Shown in pieces: positions 8,570-18,385 of a stretch of 32,520 nt of DNA (position 1 is its first letter; each line of letters begins with the position of its first letter). Origin of the DNA: Candidatus Methylomirabilia bacterium (GTDB taxonomy: Bacteria > Methylomirabilota > Methylomirabilia > Rokubacteriales > CSP1-6); assembly GCA_041492755.1 (NCBI GenBank), contig JBGPXN010000040.1, positions 1 to 32,520 of the forward strand, written 5' to 3'. The notes beneath the pieces are model-generated. The model had not been told where the DNA came from. It made no database searches and was given only the letters and a program-made list of their open reading frames with translations. Made by a program: the position numbers and the translations under genes.

Positions 8570-10720
8570 TCAAGGAACGGTGGATGCCGCCAGCCGGCTC
8601 ATGACGTTGCCGAGGAGCCGCAAGCCGAGGTCGTCGCCGAGCGTCATGATCGATTCCGGGTGGAACTGGACCGCGGCCAGCGGCAACGTGCGGTGCTCGA
8701 CCGCCATGATCACGCCGTCCTCCGTCTCGGCGCTCACCTCCAGCACGGCGGGCAGCGTCTCGCGAATCGCGAAGAGGGAGTGATAGCGGCCGGCGGTGAA
8801 CTCGGTCGGCAAGCCTTCGAAGAGCCGCCCGCCCCGAACCCGGATGCGCGAGGCCTTGCCGTGGACCGGCGGATCGAGGACGCCGAGGGTGCCGCCGAAG
8901 TATTCCACCATCCCTTGCAGACCGAGGCACACACCGAACGCCGGGATGCGCCGCTGCACGAGCGACTCCATGGTGCCGGCGACGTCGAAGTCGCGCGGGG
9001 TGCCGGGGCCGGGCGAGAGCACCACCAGGTGCGGCTTCACGTCGTCGAACGCCTCGGGGGGAAAGCCGGATCGCAGCGTCACGACCTCGGCGCCGGTCTG
9101 TCGCAGATAGTTCGCCAGCGTGTGCACGAACGAGTCCTGGTGGTCCACGAGGAGCACGCGCCGGCCGGCGCCGGTGCGCGGGCCGGTGGCGGCGAGACGG
9201 CGCTCGACGCCCCGCGGGCGGCGAATCGCGTCGAGGAACGCCGCCGCCTTCAGCTCGGTCTCGGCCTCTTCCGCGTCGGGGTCGGAGTCGTAGAGCAGCG
9301 TGGCGCCCGCGCGCACCTCGGCCACGCCGTCCTTCACGCGGATCGTCCGCAAGGTGAGCCCGGTGTTGAGGTTGCCGTCGAAGCCGAGCACGCCGACCGC
9401 GCCGCCGTACCAGCCGCGCGCCGAGCGCTCGTGGTCCTCGATGAACTGCATGGCCCACGTCTTGGGCGCCCCCGTCACCGTGACCGCCCACGCGTGGGCG
9501 AGGAAGGCGTCGAGCGCGTCGAACTCGGGCCGCAGCCGGCCTTCGACGTGGTCGACGGTGTGGATCAGGCGCGCGTACATCTCGATCTGCCGGCGGCCGA
9601 TCACCCGCACGCTGCCCGGCACGCAGATGCGCGACTTGTCGTTACGGTCCACGTCGGTGCACATCGTCAGCTCGGACTCGTCCTTGGCCGACGTGAGGAG
9701 GGCCACGATCTGGGCGGCGTCGCCGATGGGATCGGCGCCGCGGGCGATCGTCCCGGAGATCGGGCACGTCTCCACGCGATCGTCGTCGACACGGACGTAC
9801 ATCTCGGGCGAGGCGCCCACGAGATACTCCGCCTCGCCCAGGTTCATGAGGAAGCCGTAGGGGGATGGGTTGCGCTCGCGCAGACGGCGGAACAGCTCGG
9901 ACGGCGGCGCCGGGCACGCTTCAAAGAACGTCCGGCCCGGCACGACCTCGAAGAGATCGCCGCGCTTGAACGCCTCGCGCGCCACGTGCACCACGCTCGC
10001 ATACTCCCCGGGCTCGTGGTCGCACGGCCGGGCGACCTGCGTGGAGCCGACGTACGGTTCGGCGCCGCCTTCGCGCGGCACGCCCGCCGTGGAGCGGCCG
10101 TGCACCTCGAACTCGTAGCGGCGGCGGGTGGCCACTTCCCGCTGGTGGTCGACGACGATAAGCTCGTCAGGAAGATAGAGGACGAAATCGCGCTGGCCGG
10201 CCGGACGCTCGAGGCGGAGACGGATCGGCTCGAACTGGAACGCGAGATCGTAGCCGAAGGCCCCGTACAGTCCGAGATGCGGCTCGTCGGCATGGTGGAA
10301 CAGTGCAATGAGAGCGCGCAGGACGGAGAAGACCGACGGCTGGCGGCTGCGCGCTTCCTCCGCGAAGCGGCCGGCAGGCGCGCGGACCACGCCCTGCAGC
10401 GACGCCTCCGTGATCGCGAGATTCTCGACCGCCTCGAGCCCCCGCAACGACTCGGTGACGGCCGGGAGGAGCACGCGGCCACGGGCGTTGAGCGCGTCGA
10501 CCCGGAAGTCCCGGCCGCGCGCGGTGAGGACGAGCGGCGGGTCGACGAACCCGAGGTCCCAGCGGGTGTAGCGCCCGGGGTACTCGTAGCTGGAGGCGAG
10601 CAGGGCGCCCCGATGTGCGTCGAGCGCCTGCACGATGGGCTCGACGGCGTTCGCGACGGGAATGTTGTCGATCGTCCGGTGGACGCGGATGCCGCCCCGG
10701 GTTTCGTAGACAGCCGTCAT
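8570..10720 (-). CDS. trpE(G): Bifunctional anthranilate synthase, fused TrpE-TrpG
   Basis: LASSYEYPGRY, GASPEMYVRV, CPISGT, VTGAPK in the TrpE part; GATase VLSPGPG, GVCLG, RYHSL, QFHPES in the TrpG part. Confidence 0.95.
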   Translation of the reverse strand: MTAVYETRGGIRVHRTIDNIPVANAVEPIVQALDAHRGALLASSYEYPGRYTRWDLGFVDPPLVLTARGRDFRVDALNARGRVLLPAVTESLRGLEAVENLAITEASLQGVVRAPAGRFAEEARSRQPSVFSVLRALIALFHHADEPHLGLYGAFGYDLAFQFEPIRLRLERPAGQRDFVLYLPDELIVVDHQREVATRRRYEFEVHGRSTAGVPREGGAEPYVGSTQVARPCDHEPGEYASVVHVAREAFKRGDLFEVVPGRTFFEACPAPPSELFRRLRERNPSPYGFLMNLGEAEYLVGASPEMYVRVDDDRVETCPISGTIARGADPIGDAAQIVALLTSAKDESELTMCTDVDRNDKSRICVPGSVRVIGRRQIEMYARLIHTVDHVEGRLRPEFDALDAFLAHAWAVTVTGAPKTWAMQFIEDHERSARGWYGGAVGVLGFDGNLNTGLTLRTIRVKDGVAEVRAGATLLYDSDPDAEEAETELKAAAFLDAIRRPRGVERRLAATGPRTGAGRRVLLVDHQDSFVHTLANYLRQTGAEVVTLRSGFPPEAFDDVKPHLVVLSPGPGTPRDFDVAGTMESLVQRRIPAFGVCLGLQGMVEYFGGTLGVLDPPVHGKASRIRVRGGRLFEGLPTEFTAGRYHSLFAIRETLPAVLEVSAETEDGVIMAVEHRTLPLAAVQFHPESIMTLGDDLGLRLLGNVMSRLAASTVP

Positions 10721-10767
10721 GACGTTGTCTCCTCCATGCGAGGAGCCGACCGGCTCGGGGCGAGGAC

Positions 10768-10794
10768 AAAAAGAAAACCGCCCCGACGGGGCGG
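10768..10794 (-). terminator. Trp attenuator intrinsic terminator
   Basis: mRNA CCGCCCC-GUC-GGGGCGG-UUUUCUUUUU upstream of the trpE(G) start. Confidence 0.9.
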
Positions 10795-10844
10795 CTCCAT
10801 TCGTCTCTGCGATTGCGCTCGGACGCGCGTGGACGGGGCCGCCC

Positions 10845-10898
10845 TCAGGAAGCCGGCCACCACCACTGCCACGCCGTGCGCGAGCCGATCGCGATCAC
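10845..10898 (-). CDS. trpL: Trp leader peptide MIAIGSRTAWQWWWPAS
   Basis: GTG-initiated 17-codon ORF with TGG CAG TGG TGG TGG, followed by antiterminator/terminator segments. Confidence 0.9.
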   Translation of the reverse strand: MIAIGSRTAWQWWWPAS

Positions 10899-10905
10899 GG
10901 CGCCG

Positions 10906-10934
10906 ATCCTCTCAGGACCGACCGGGCGTGTCAA
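10906..10934 (-). promoter_or_regulatory. Sigma70 promoter for trpL-trpE(G)
   Basis: TTGACA-17 bp-GAGGAT with TG extension; the -10 ends 7 nt before the leader GTG. Confidence 0.55.
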
Positions 10935-10970
10935 GCACGCGTCGGGAAGCCGGGATCAGTCCGCTCGCGT

Positions 10971-10999
10971 TTGACACCCAGGCCCGCGCCGCCTAGCAT
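10971..10999 (+). promoter_or_regulatory. Sigma70 promoter for the ABC/amidohydrolase operon
   Basis: TTGACA-17 bp-TAGCAT. Confidence 0.7.
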
Positions 11000-11066
11000 C
11001 CGGGTTGCCTCACGCGTCCCCGGAGGCAGTACGAGATATTCAGCCGGTGAAGAAGGAGAGCATGTG

Positions 11067-12332
11067 ATGCCGAAATCCGTGCGACGTGTCGCGCTCCTGT
11101 CCCTGATCCTCCTCGCGCTCGTCGCGCTGCCGGGCCCCATGGAGGCGCAGCAGCCGCGCCTCGGGATCACGATCAGCGCCTGGTTCATTCCGGCCGCCAA
11201 CGATCTCTTCAAGCAGATGGTGGCCGAGTGGGCGAAGCAGAAGAACGTCACCGTCGACGTCGAGCTCGTCTCCGAGGGCGACCTCACGCCCAAGTTCACG
11301 ACGGCGGCGGAGACGGGCGCGGGGCCGGACATCATCCAGGTGGCGAGCCTGGGCCCGCATCTCTTTCCGGACAAGCTCGTCGACGTGAGCGATCTCGTCC
11401 CGGCGCTCGAATCGAAGTACGGCCCCATCGCGCAGATCGCCAAGGACGCCGTCGTGGTGCGCGGGAAGTGGCGGGCCATGCCCTTCTACGCGACGCCGCA
11501 GGTGCTGACCTATCGCGAGGACATCCTCAAGGAGATCGGCGAGCCGGTGCCCGACACCTGGGAGGACGCGCTCCGCGTCGGCAAGAAGCTCAAGGCCAAG
11601 GGCGTCGCGTGGGGCGAGGCGCTCGGGCATTGCCCGGTCGACTGCATCACCACCGTGTACTCGATCCTCTGGGCCCACGGCGCGAAGGAAGTCGAGAAGG
11701 ACGGCCGCACGATCGCGCTGAACTCCCCCGAGACCGCGAAGGCGCTCGACTTCATCAAGCGCGCCGCCGCGGAGGCGTGGCCGGCGGGCGTCGTCGGCTG
11801 GGACAACTCCTCCAACAACCGCGCGTTCCTGGGCGGCCAGCTCGGCATGACCGTCAACGCGGCGACGATCTGGTTCGCGTCCAAGAAGCAGGCGCCGGCC
11901 ATCTCGGCCTCCATCAACCACGCGCCCATTCCGCGCGGGCCGGCCGCGCGCGCGATCCCGTTCTGGCCGACGTCGCTCGCCGTCTTTGCGCACTCCAAGC
12001 AGCAGGCGCTGGCCAAGGACCTCGTCCGCCATCTCACCGATGGTCCGCAGATGGCGCGCTGGCTCGACAGCACGGAGGGCGCGGGCGCCGGCCTCCTCGC
12101 CGGGCTCGGCAAGCTCGAGAAGGCGCGCGACCCCAAGTTGGCGGTGGTGCTGAAGGCCATCGAGTGGGGACGGCTGCCGGGGTGGCCGGGCCCGCCGACG
12201 CGCGAGTCGGCCGAGGTCCACGCGAAGTACGTGCTGGTCGACATGGCGCAGAACGTGGTGAAGGGCACGCCCATCCCCCAGGCGATCGAGCAGACCGTGA
12301 CGGAGATGAAGCGGATCTACGGCCAGCGGTAG
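11067..12332 (+). CDS. CUT1-family ABC extracellular solute-binding protein
   Basis: SD aaggag, signal peptide, GPDII, PDTWED and WDNSSNNRAF motifs of family-1 SBPs. Confidence 0.9.
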   Translation: MPKSVRRVALLSLILLALVALPGPMEAQQPRLGITISAWFIPAANDLFKQMVAEWAKQKNVTVDVELVSEGDLTPKFTTAAETGAGPDIIQVASLGPHLFPDKLVDVSDLVPALESKYGPIAQIAKDAVVVRGKWRAMPFYATPQVLTYREDILKEIGEPVPDTWEDALRVGKKLKAKGVAWGEALGHCPVDCITTVYSILWAHGAKEVEKDGRTIALNSPETAKALDFIKRAAAEAWPAGVVGWDNSSNNRAFLGGQLGMTVNAATIWFASKKQAPAISASINHAPIPRGPAARAIPFWPTSLAVFAHSKQQALAKDLVRHLTDGPQMARWLDSTEGAGAGLLAGLGKLEKARDPKLAVVLKAIEWGRLPGWPGPPTRESAEVHAKYVLVDMAQNVVKGTPIPQAIEQTVTEMKRIYGQR

Positions 12333-12383
12333 CGTCGTGAACGGTCGGCGCCGGCCGCGGACTGAACCGCATGCCGTAGGCTC

Positions 12384-13274
12384 GTGAACGGCGGCACCGG
12401 GAGGCTGCTCGCCCGCGATGCGGTGGTGGGGTACCTCTGGGTCACCCCTGCCCTGCTCCTGCTGGGCTCGCTCGTCGCCTACCCGTTCCTGCTCGCGCTC
12501 TACTGGAGCCTCACCACCAAGACGGCGGGGATCCCGGGCGTCTTCGTGGGGCTCGACAACTACGTCTACCTGCTGGGCAGCCCGACCTTCCGGCAGACGC
12601 TGGCCAACACGTTCGTCTTCACCGCCAGCTCCGTCGCCGCCAAGCTCGTGCTCGGCATGGCGGCGGCGCTCGTCCTCGACCAGACGTTCCGCGGCCGCAA
12701 CCTCGCCCGCGGCGTCTTCCTGCTCCCGTGGATCGTGCCGACGTCGCTGTCCGCGCTGGCGTGGCTCTGGATCTACGACGACTTCTTCGGCGTCATCAGC
12801 CGGGTGGCGATCGACGTCGGGCTGCGCCGCGAGCCGATTCCGTTCCTGAGCGATTCCATCCTCGCCATGTTCGCGGTCGTGCTGGTGAACGTCTGGCGGG
12901 GCGTGTCGTTCTTCACCGTCTCCTTCCTGGCCGGCATGCAGGCGGTCGGGCAAGAGCTGTACGAGGCCGCGGAGACCGACGGCGCCGGCGCCGCGCGGCG
13001 GTTCTGGCACGTGACGCTCCCCGGCCTGCGCCCGATCCTCGCCGTGGCCACGCTGTTCTCCGTGGTGTGGACGTTCAGCGACTTCACGATCGTCTACATC
13101 ATCACGCGCGGCGGCCCCGCGAACTCCACCCACCTGCTCGCTACGCTCGCCTACCAGACCGCGATCTTCGGCGGCAAGGTGGGCGAAGGGCTCGCCATCT
13201 CGTCGTTCATGTTCCCGCTCCTGGTCCTGGTGATCTTCCTGCAGCTCCACTTCCTCCGGCGGGCCCAGAGCTAG
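12384..13274 (+). CDS. Carbohydrate ABC transporter permease
   Basis: FVGLDNY and ELYEAAETDGA (EAA loop); multiple TM segments. Confidence 0.92.
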   Translation: MNGGTGRLLARDAVVGYLWVTPALLLLGSLVAYPFLLALYWSLTTKTAGIPGVFVGLDNYVYLLGSPTFRQTLANTFVFTASSVAAKLVLGMAAALVLDQTFRGRNLARGVFLLPWIVPTSLSALAWLWIYDDFFGVISRVAIDVGLRREPIPFLSDSILAMFAVVLVNVWRGVSFFTVSFLAGMQAVGQELYEAAETDGAGAARRFWHVTLPGLRPILAVATLFSVVWTFSDFTIVYIITRGGPANSTHLLATLAYQTAIFGGKVGEGLAISSFMFPLLVLVIFLQLHFLRRAQS

Positions 13275-13277
13275 GCC

Positions 13278-14126
13278 ATGGCGGTGCGCCGCGGCGGACC
13301 AACCCGCAGGGTGCTCGTGCTCTGGGTGCCGCTCGTGCTGCTGATGGCCTTCACGCTGTTTCCGTTCTGGTGGATGCTGATGACCTCGATCAAGCCGGAC
13401 ACCGAGCTCTACGACGCCAAGCAATCACCGCTCTGGGTCAAGGCGGCGACGGGCGCCCACTACCGCGATCTCTTCACCCAGCTCCCGTTCCTCACCTGGG
13501 TCGGCAACAGCCTGCTCGTCTCGGGAACGGCGACGCTCCTGTCGCTCGCGATCGGCACGCTGGCCGGTTACAGCCTGGCCCGGCTGAAATTCCGCGGCGC
13601 CACCACGCTGGGCACGATCATCTTCGTGGCCTACCTGGTCCCGACCACGATGCTGTTCCTGCCCCTGGCCTTCGTCGTCCGCTGGCTCGGGCTCTACAAC
13701 ACGCCGTGGGCCCTCATCGCGACGTACCCGACGTTCCTGGTGCCGTTCTGTAGCTGGTTCCTCATGGGCTACTTCAAGACGATCCCGCGCGAGATCGAGG
13801 AGTGCGCCATCATCGACGGCTGCTCGCGGGCGCAGGCCCTCTGGCGCATCGTGCTGCCGCTGGCCACGCCGGGCATCCTCTCCGCCGGCATCTTCGCCTT
13901 CACGTTCTCCTGGAACGAGTTCATCTACGCGCTCACCTTCGTGCAGTCGCCGTCGTACAAGACCATTCCGGTCGGCGTGGTGGGACAGCTCAGCACGGGC
14001 GACGTGCTGTTCTGGGGCAAGCTCATGGCCGCCGCCGTCCTCGGCTCGGTCCCGATCGCGCTGATCTATTCCGCGCTGAGTGGACACTTCGCGGCCGGGC
14101 TGACGACGGGAGCCGTGAAGGGTTGA
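13278..14126 (+). CDS. Carbohydrate ABC transporter permease
   Basis: IPREIEECAIIDGCS, FSWNEF and GLTTGAVKG motifs. Confidence 0.92.
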   Translation: MAVRRGGPTRRVLVLWVPLVLLMAFTLFPFWWMLMTSIKPDTELYDAKQSPLWVKAATGAHYRDLFTQLPFLTWVGNSLLVSGTATLLSLAIGTLAGYSLARLKFRGATTLGTIIFVAYLVPTTMLFLPLAFVVRWLGLYNTPWALIATYPTFLVPFCSWFLMGYFKTIPREIEECAIIDGCSRAQALWRIVLPLATPGILSAGIFAFTFSWNEFIYALTFVQSPSYKTIPVGVVGQLSTGDVLFWGKLMAAAVLGSVPIALIYSALSGHFAAGLTTGAVKG

Positions 14127-14167
14127 GCACGTTGCGCGAGCCCGCGAAGAGTAGGCGCTGACCAGCG

Positions 14168-15682
14168 ATGGCCTCCAGCCTGCTCATCCGCGATGCGCTG
14201 ATCCTCACGCTCGACGCGGCGGAGCGCGTGATTCCCTCCGGCTACGTCCTGATCGAGGGCGAGCGGATCGCCGCCGTGGGCGAGGGCACGCCACCGACCG
14301 GCCTCGAGGCCGAGCGGATCGTCGACGGCCGCGACCGGCTCGTCGTTCCGGGGCTCGTCAACAGCCATCTGCATTCGTACGAGAACTACCACCGCGGACG
14401 GCTCGACAACCTTCCGCACAACGTCTGGATGATCTACGCGCGTCCACCTCTGGGCGGCCTCCCTCTTGGCCCCGAAGACGTCTATCTGCGCACGATGCTC
14501 GGATGCCTGGAGATGCTGCGCAGTGGCGTCACGATGGCCGTGGACGACTTCGTGCACGTGCCCGCGACCAACCGGGAGTCCGTCGAGGCCGTGATGAAGG
14601 CCTACGACGACGTCGGGCTTCGCGCCGTCGTCACCGCGACCGTCGTCGACCGCCCGTATCACCGGACGCTGCCGTGGGCGGACGAGGTCTTCCCGCCCGC
14701 GCTGCAGCAGGAGTTCGACGCGCGCCCGCGCCTGACCGTCGCCGAGGCGCTGAGCTTTGCGCGCTGGGGCCTCGATCGCTGGGGTCCCGGGTCGCGCGTG
14801 CGGTTCGCGCTCTCGCCCTCGGCGCCCCAGCGGTGCACCCGCGCGCTGCTGGACGCGCTCGGCGCGTTGCAGCGCGAGACGGCCGCGCCGCTGATCGTCC
14901 ACGCCCTCGAAACGAGGCTGCAGGCCGTGGCCGGTCCGCTGATGTACGGCAAGTCCATGGTCGCCTACCTCGACGAGGTTGGACTGCTCCGACCCGAGAC
15001 GGCCGTGGTCCACGCCGTGTGGGCCGACGCCGACGACGTCCAGCGCATCGCGGCGGGCGGCGCGACCGTCTTCCACAACCCGTCCAGCAACCTCAAGCTC
15101 GGCAGTGGGATCGCGCCGGTGCGCGCGCTGCTACGGGCGGGCATCCGTGTCGGCATCGGCACCGACGGCATGGGCAGCAACGACGCGCACAACCTGTTCG
15201 AGGAGATGCGGTTGGCCGGGCTCGTCGGAAAGGTCGTGTCCGAGCGGTACGAGGAGTGGATCACGGCCGCCGAGGTGCTCCACATGGCCACGCAGGGACC
15301 GCTCCGCTTCGCCGGACTGGACGGCGCGCTCGGCGCGGTGGAGAGGGGCCGGCTGGCGGACTTTGTCGTCCTGGATCTCGCCACGATCCCGTTCACGCCG
15401 TTGCACGACCCCATCCGTCAGCTCGTCTACAGCGAGCGCGGCGCGTCGGTGCGAACCGTCGTCGTGGGTGGGCGCATCGTGATGGACGACGGTGTGATCC
15501 GGACGGTCGACGAGAGCAAGATGCTGGAGCGGATCAGAGAATCCGCGGCACGCGCCCAGGCGGCGGGCGAGGCGGGCTGGCGCCGGTCGCAAGAGCTCGA
15601 GCCGTACTTCGCGGAGATCTATCGCCGGGCGGCGAGCGCGCCGTTGAGTACGCCCGCGCGCGTGCTGTGGGACTGCATGTGA
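14168..15682 (+). CDS. Amidohydrolase family protein (Atz/Trz/SsnA-like deaminase)
   Basis: PGLVNSHLH, HALE, HAVW, NPSSNLKLGSG and GTDG metal-centre motifs. Confidence 0.9.
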   Translation: MASSLLIRDALILTLDAAERVIPSGYVLIEGERIAAVGEGTPPTGLEAERIVDGRDRLVVPGLVNSHLHSYENYHRGRLDNLPHNVWMIYARPPLGGLPLGPEDVYLRTMLGCLEMLRSGVTMAVDDFVHVPATNRESVEAVMKAYDDVGLRAVVTATVVDRPYHRTLPWADEVFPPALQQEFDARPRLTVAEALSFARWGLDRWGPGSRVRFALSPSAPQRCTRALLDALGALQRETAAPLIVHALETRLQAVAGPLMYGKSMVAYLDEVGLLRPETAVVHAVWADADDVQRIAAGGATVFHNPSSNLKLGSGIAPVRALLRAGIRVGIGTDGMGSNDAHNLFEEMRLAGLVGKVVSERYEEWITAAEVLHMATQGPLRFAGLDGALGAVERGRLADFVVLDLATIPFTPLHDPIRQLVYSERGASVRTVVVGGRIVMDDGVIRTVDESKMLERIRESAARAQAAGEAGWRRSQELEPYFAEIYRRAASAPLSTPARVLWDCM

Positions 15683-15746
15683 GAAGGGAACAGTGAGGCC
15701 GCAGGGAGACGGACCGAGAATACTGAGGACCCAGGGAGAAGACAGG

Positions 15747-17069
15747 ATGGGCATGCTGGAGGACGCGTTCGGGTACGTCGACGACAAGACGGTGGCCGAC
15801 TGCACCATGGACCTGGTCAACATTCCCAGCCCGACGGGTGGCGAGCGCGCCGTCGCCGAATACCTGGCCGACCGCTTTCGCGCCGTCGGGCTGCAGACGC
15901 GGCTTCAAGAGGTCGAGGCGGAGCGCTTCAACGTCTACGGCGTGCTCCCGGGCACCGGCGGCGGACCTACCTTGATGTACTGCGGCCACCTCGACACGAC
16001 GTTCGGCGGCGACGAGGAAGGCATCCGCGATCTCGGTCCCGGCTATCAACCGCACGCGTTCCGCGAGGGCGACTGGATCTTCGGCATGGGCGCCTACAAC
16101 ATGAAGAGCGGGCTCGCTTCCGCCGTCGTCGCCGTCGAAGCGCTCGCGCGCGCCGGCGCGCGACTCAAGGGCGACGTCATGCTCGCCGGCGTGGTCGGCG
16201 AGACCAGTCACGCCGAGGTCGCACGCTACCAGGGCCGGCGCTATCGGGGCTGCGGCGTCGGCGCGCGCTTCATGGTCACCAACGGCATCGCGGCCGACAT
16301 GGCGATCATTCCCGAGCCCACGGCCAACCGGATCTCCGTCGTCTCCGGCGGGTACGTCTACGCGCAGATCATGACGCGCGGCAACCCGGGCGCGACGTAC
16401 AAGCGCGGCGGAACGACGATCCAGGTGAAGCCGGCCGCCGACGCCATCGACAAGATCTTCCCGGTGATCGACGCCATCAAGGCGTGGGCGCCGGGTTACA
16501 TGGCGCGCACGCGCTACCACGGCCAGGAGGCGACCAACGTCTCCATCATCGCCATCGAGGGCGGCCTGCCCTTCCGCCCCACCAAGCTGTCCGCGTTCTG
16601 CCGGCTCTACGTCGAAGTCGACACGATGCCGGGCCAGTTCAACGTCGACGTGATCGAGGAGATCAAGGGCGTGCTCGCCGAGGTACGCGCGCGCGATCCC
16701 GAGCTGACGACTGAGCTCGAGATCGTCCAGACCGCGCTCGGCGCCGACGTGTCGGCGGAGGAGCCGGTCGTTCGTTCGCTGGCGGCCGCGCATCAAGAGA
16801 TCCACGGCCAGGCGGCCGAGGTGACGTGGGACGGCTGGCACGCCGACACCGCGGCGCTCACGCGCGCCGGCATCCCGGCGATCTGCTACGGGCCGCAGGG
16901 CCGCGCGCGCGGCGGTGGCTCCGGGTACTACCCGCGCGAGGGCGAGCAGGCAAGCGTGGAGGACTTGATCAAAGGATCGCGGGTCTTCGTGCGGACCGCG
17001 ATCGATCTCGGGATGCGTCCTCGTGCCGAGGTCCGAGCCGCCGCGCGGGGCGGGACAATCGTTCCTTGA
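15747..17069 (+). CDS. M20 (ArgE/DapE-like) peptidase/deacylase family protein with altered metal ligands
   Basis: IPSPTGGE, GHLDT, GAYNMKSG, VGET and PEPT motifs. Confidence 0.85.
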   Translation: MGMLEDAFGYVDDKTVADCTMDLVNIPSPTGGERAVAEYLADRFRAVGLQTRLQEVEAERFNVYGVLPGTGGGPTLMYCGHLDTTFGGDEEGIRDLGPGYQPHAFREGDWIFGMGAYNMKSGLASAVVAVEALARAGARLKGDVMLAGVVGETSHAEVARYQGRRYRGCGVGARFMVTNGIAADMAIIPEPTANRISVVSGGYVYAQIMTRGNPGATYKRGGTTIQVKPAADAIDKIFPVIDAIKAWAPGYMARTRYHGQEATNVSIIAIEGGLPFRPTKLSAFCRLYVEVDTMPGQFNVDVIEEIKGVLAEVRARDPELTTELEIVQTALGADVSAEEPVVRSLAAAHQEIHGQAAEVTWDGWHADTAALTRAGIPAICYGPQGRARGGGSGYYPREGEQASVEDLIKGSRVFVRTAIDLGMRPRAEVRAAARGGTIVP

Positions 17070-17113
17070 ATGACCCGTTGCCTACAGCACCATGGGGTTC
17101 GAGAGGGTGACAC

Positions 17114-17437
17114 GTGAAGAAGAAGACCAACTGGGATCGATACTACAAAGAGCAGCTCGAGGACCTGACAACCGGTCGGTTGGTCAAGGAAGAGCTCAAG
17201 GCCCTCAACGTCGGCGTGCAGCTTGCGCGACTACGTGAAGAGCGAGGACTTACCCAGACACAGCTCGCGGCCAAGGTCGGAATGAGCTCGCCGAATATCT
17301 CGAGGATCGAAAGCAACCCGGGCCAGAATCTCACGCTGCAATCGCTCGTGAAGCTGTTCGGTGCACTCGACTGCGATGTCGTCATCGCGCCCCGCAGGCG
17401 GCGCTCTCGCAGTCGACGGGGCAGTGCCTCAGTTTGA
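17114..17437 (+). CDS. XRE-family HTH regulator/antitoxin-like protein; 3' end formed by the IS left end
   Basis: [30 protein letters not shown]; the last codons and stop lie within the IR at 17420-17439. Confidence 0.8.
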   Translation: MKKKTNWDRYYKEQLEDLTTGRLVKEELKALNVGVQLARLREERGLTQTQLAAKVGMSSPNISRIESNPGQNLTLQSLVKLFGALDCDVVIAPRRRRSRSRRGSASV

Positions 17438-18265
17438 AAGGCCAGCGATTTCGGCCAGCGACCAAACGTGATCGGCGATCCCCGCTTCCATGGCCGGGGT
17501 CACGCGCAGCGTCTTGTGAATCCGCCCGAAGTTGTAGTGCATGTAGTGCAGGGCGATCATCGCCTTGTGATTCTCTACTTTCTTGGAGAACGCATTGGTC
17601 AGCCGCGTGAAGCGCCGCATGCTCATCCGCATCGTGAGGTTCTCGCGCTCGACGTAGCTGGTGCTGACGTATCGCTCGTCGGGGTGGCCGGTGATCGCTT
17701 GCTTCCGCGAGCCAGTGCAGACGGCCGGGCTATAGCGCCGTTCGGCCGGCGCGCTCTTGCCTGAGTCGCCCTTGTACACCTTGACCAGCATCGCGTAGTC
17801 GATCGCGTTTCCAAACGCGCCCTCGACGGCTTCTAGACAAACCCTGTGGCCGTCTGTGCCGAGTTGGACGCGCGTGGCCAGGCGATCGGCCAGATCAGCG
17901 ATGAAAGCACACGCCGTGAAGCCGTCACGGCGTCCTACGGCCCACGAGGGGACCAGCTTGGTATCGGCGTCGATCGCCACCCACGTCCACACATCGCCGT
18001 AGCCCCATTCGCCCTTGTGGGCCTCGGGGACGTTCTTGGCCTTCGCGTACACGAACGACCAAATCTCATCGCACTGGATGTGCTTGCATCGGAGATTGCG
18101 CAACGCCTCGTCCTGGTATTCCTCGCACGCGGCGCCCACGTCGACCATCAGCTTGGTGACCGTGTTGAGGGACACGTCTGCCCGCCGGCTGGCGGCACGA
18201 AGGCTGGAGCCTTCCGCCAGCAGCCCGATGATCTGGGCGCGGCGCTCAAGGGGAAGTCTGTTCAT
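17429..18265 (-). CDS. IS1-family-like DDE transposase (single ORF)
   Basis: N-terminal HTH ([10 protein letters not shown]), [13 protein letters not shown] and [28 protein letters not shown]; promoter TTGATG-17-TATGAT lies 7 nt before the ATG. Confidence 0.88.
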   Translation of the reverse strand: MNRLPLERRAQIIGLLAEGSSLRAASRRADVSLNTVTKLMVDVGAACEEYQDEALRNLRCKHIQCDEIWSFVYAKAKNVPEAHKGEWGYGDVWTWVAIDADTKLVPSWAVGRRDGFTACAFIADLADRLATRVQLGTDGHRVCLEAVEGAFGNAIDYAMLVKVYKGDSGKSAPAERRYSPAVCTGSRKQAITGHPDERYVSTSYVERENLTMRMSMRRFTRLTNAFSKKVENHKAMIALHYMHYNFGRIHKTLRVTPAMEAGIADHVWSLAEIAGLSN

Positions 18266-18335
18266 GACCCGGATCATAGTGGCTCTTTCTGACTTCATCA
18301 AGCATAAAGTTTAGTTACAGACTAGCTCCCGGGAC

Positions 18336-18385
18336 GACCTGAGTAAACTAGGTCATTGACAAAATCTAGTGGGCGCGTTTAGGAT
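18336..18385 (+). promoter_or_regulatory. Promoter/operator of the higB operon
   Basis: TTGACA(18356)-18 bp-TAGGAT(18380); overlapping inverted repeats gacct..aggtc and actag..ctagt. Confidence 0.6.

Noticed and set aside
8660..10996. Very long ORFs such as 8660-10996, 11040-13424, 20994-23411, 27757-30507 and 3850-5628
   Set aside because: Antisense shadows of recognisable genes in high-GC DNA; R/G/A/H-rich with no family motifs.
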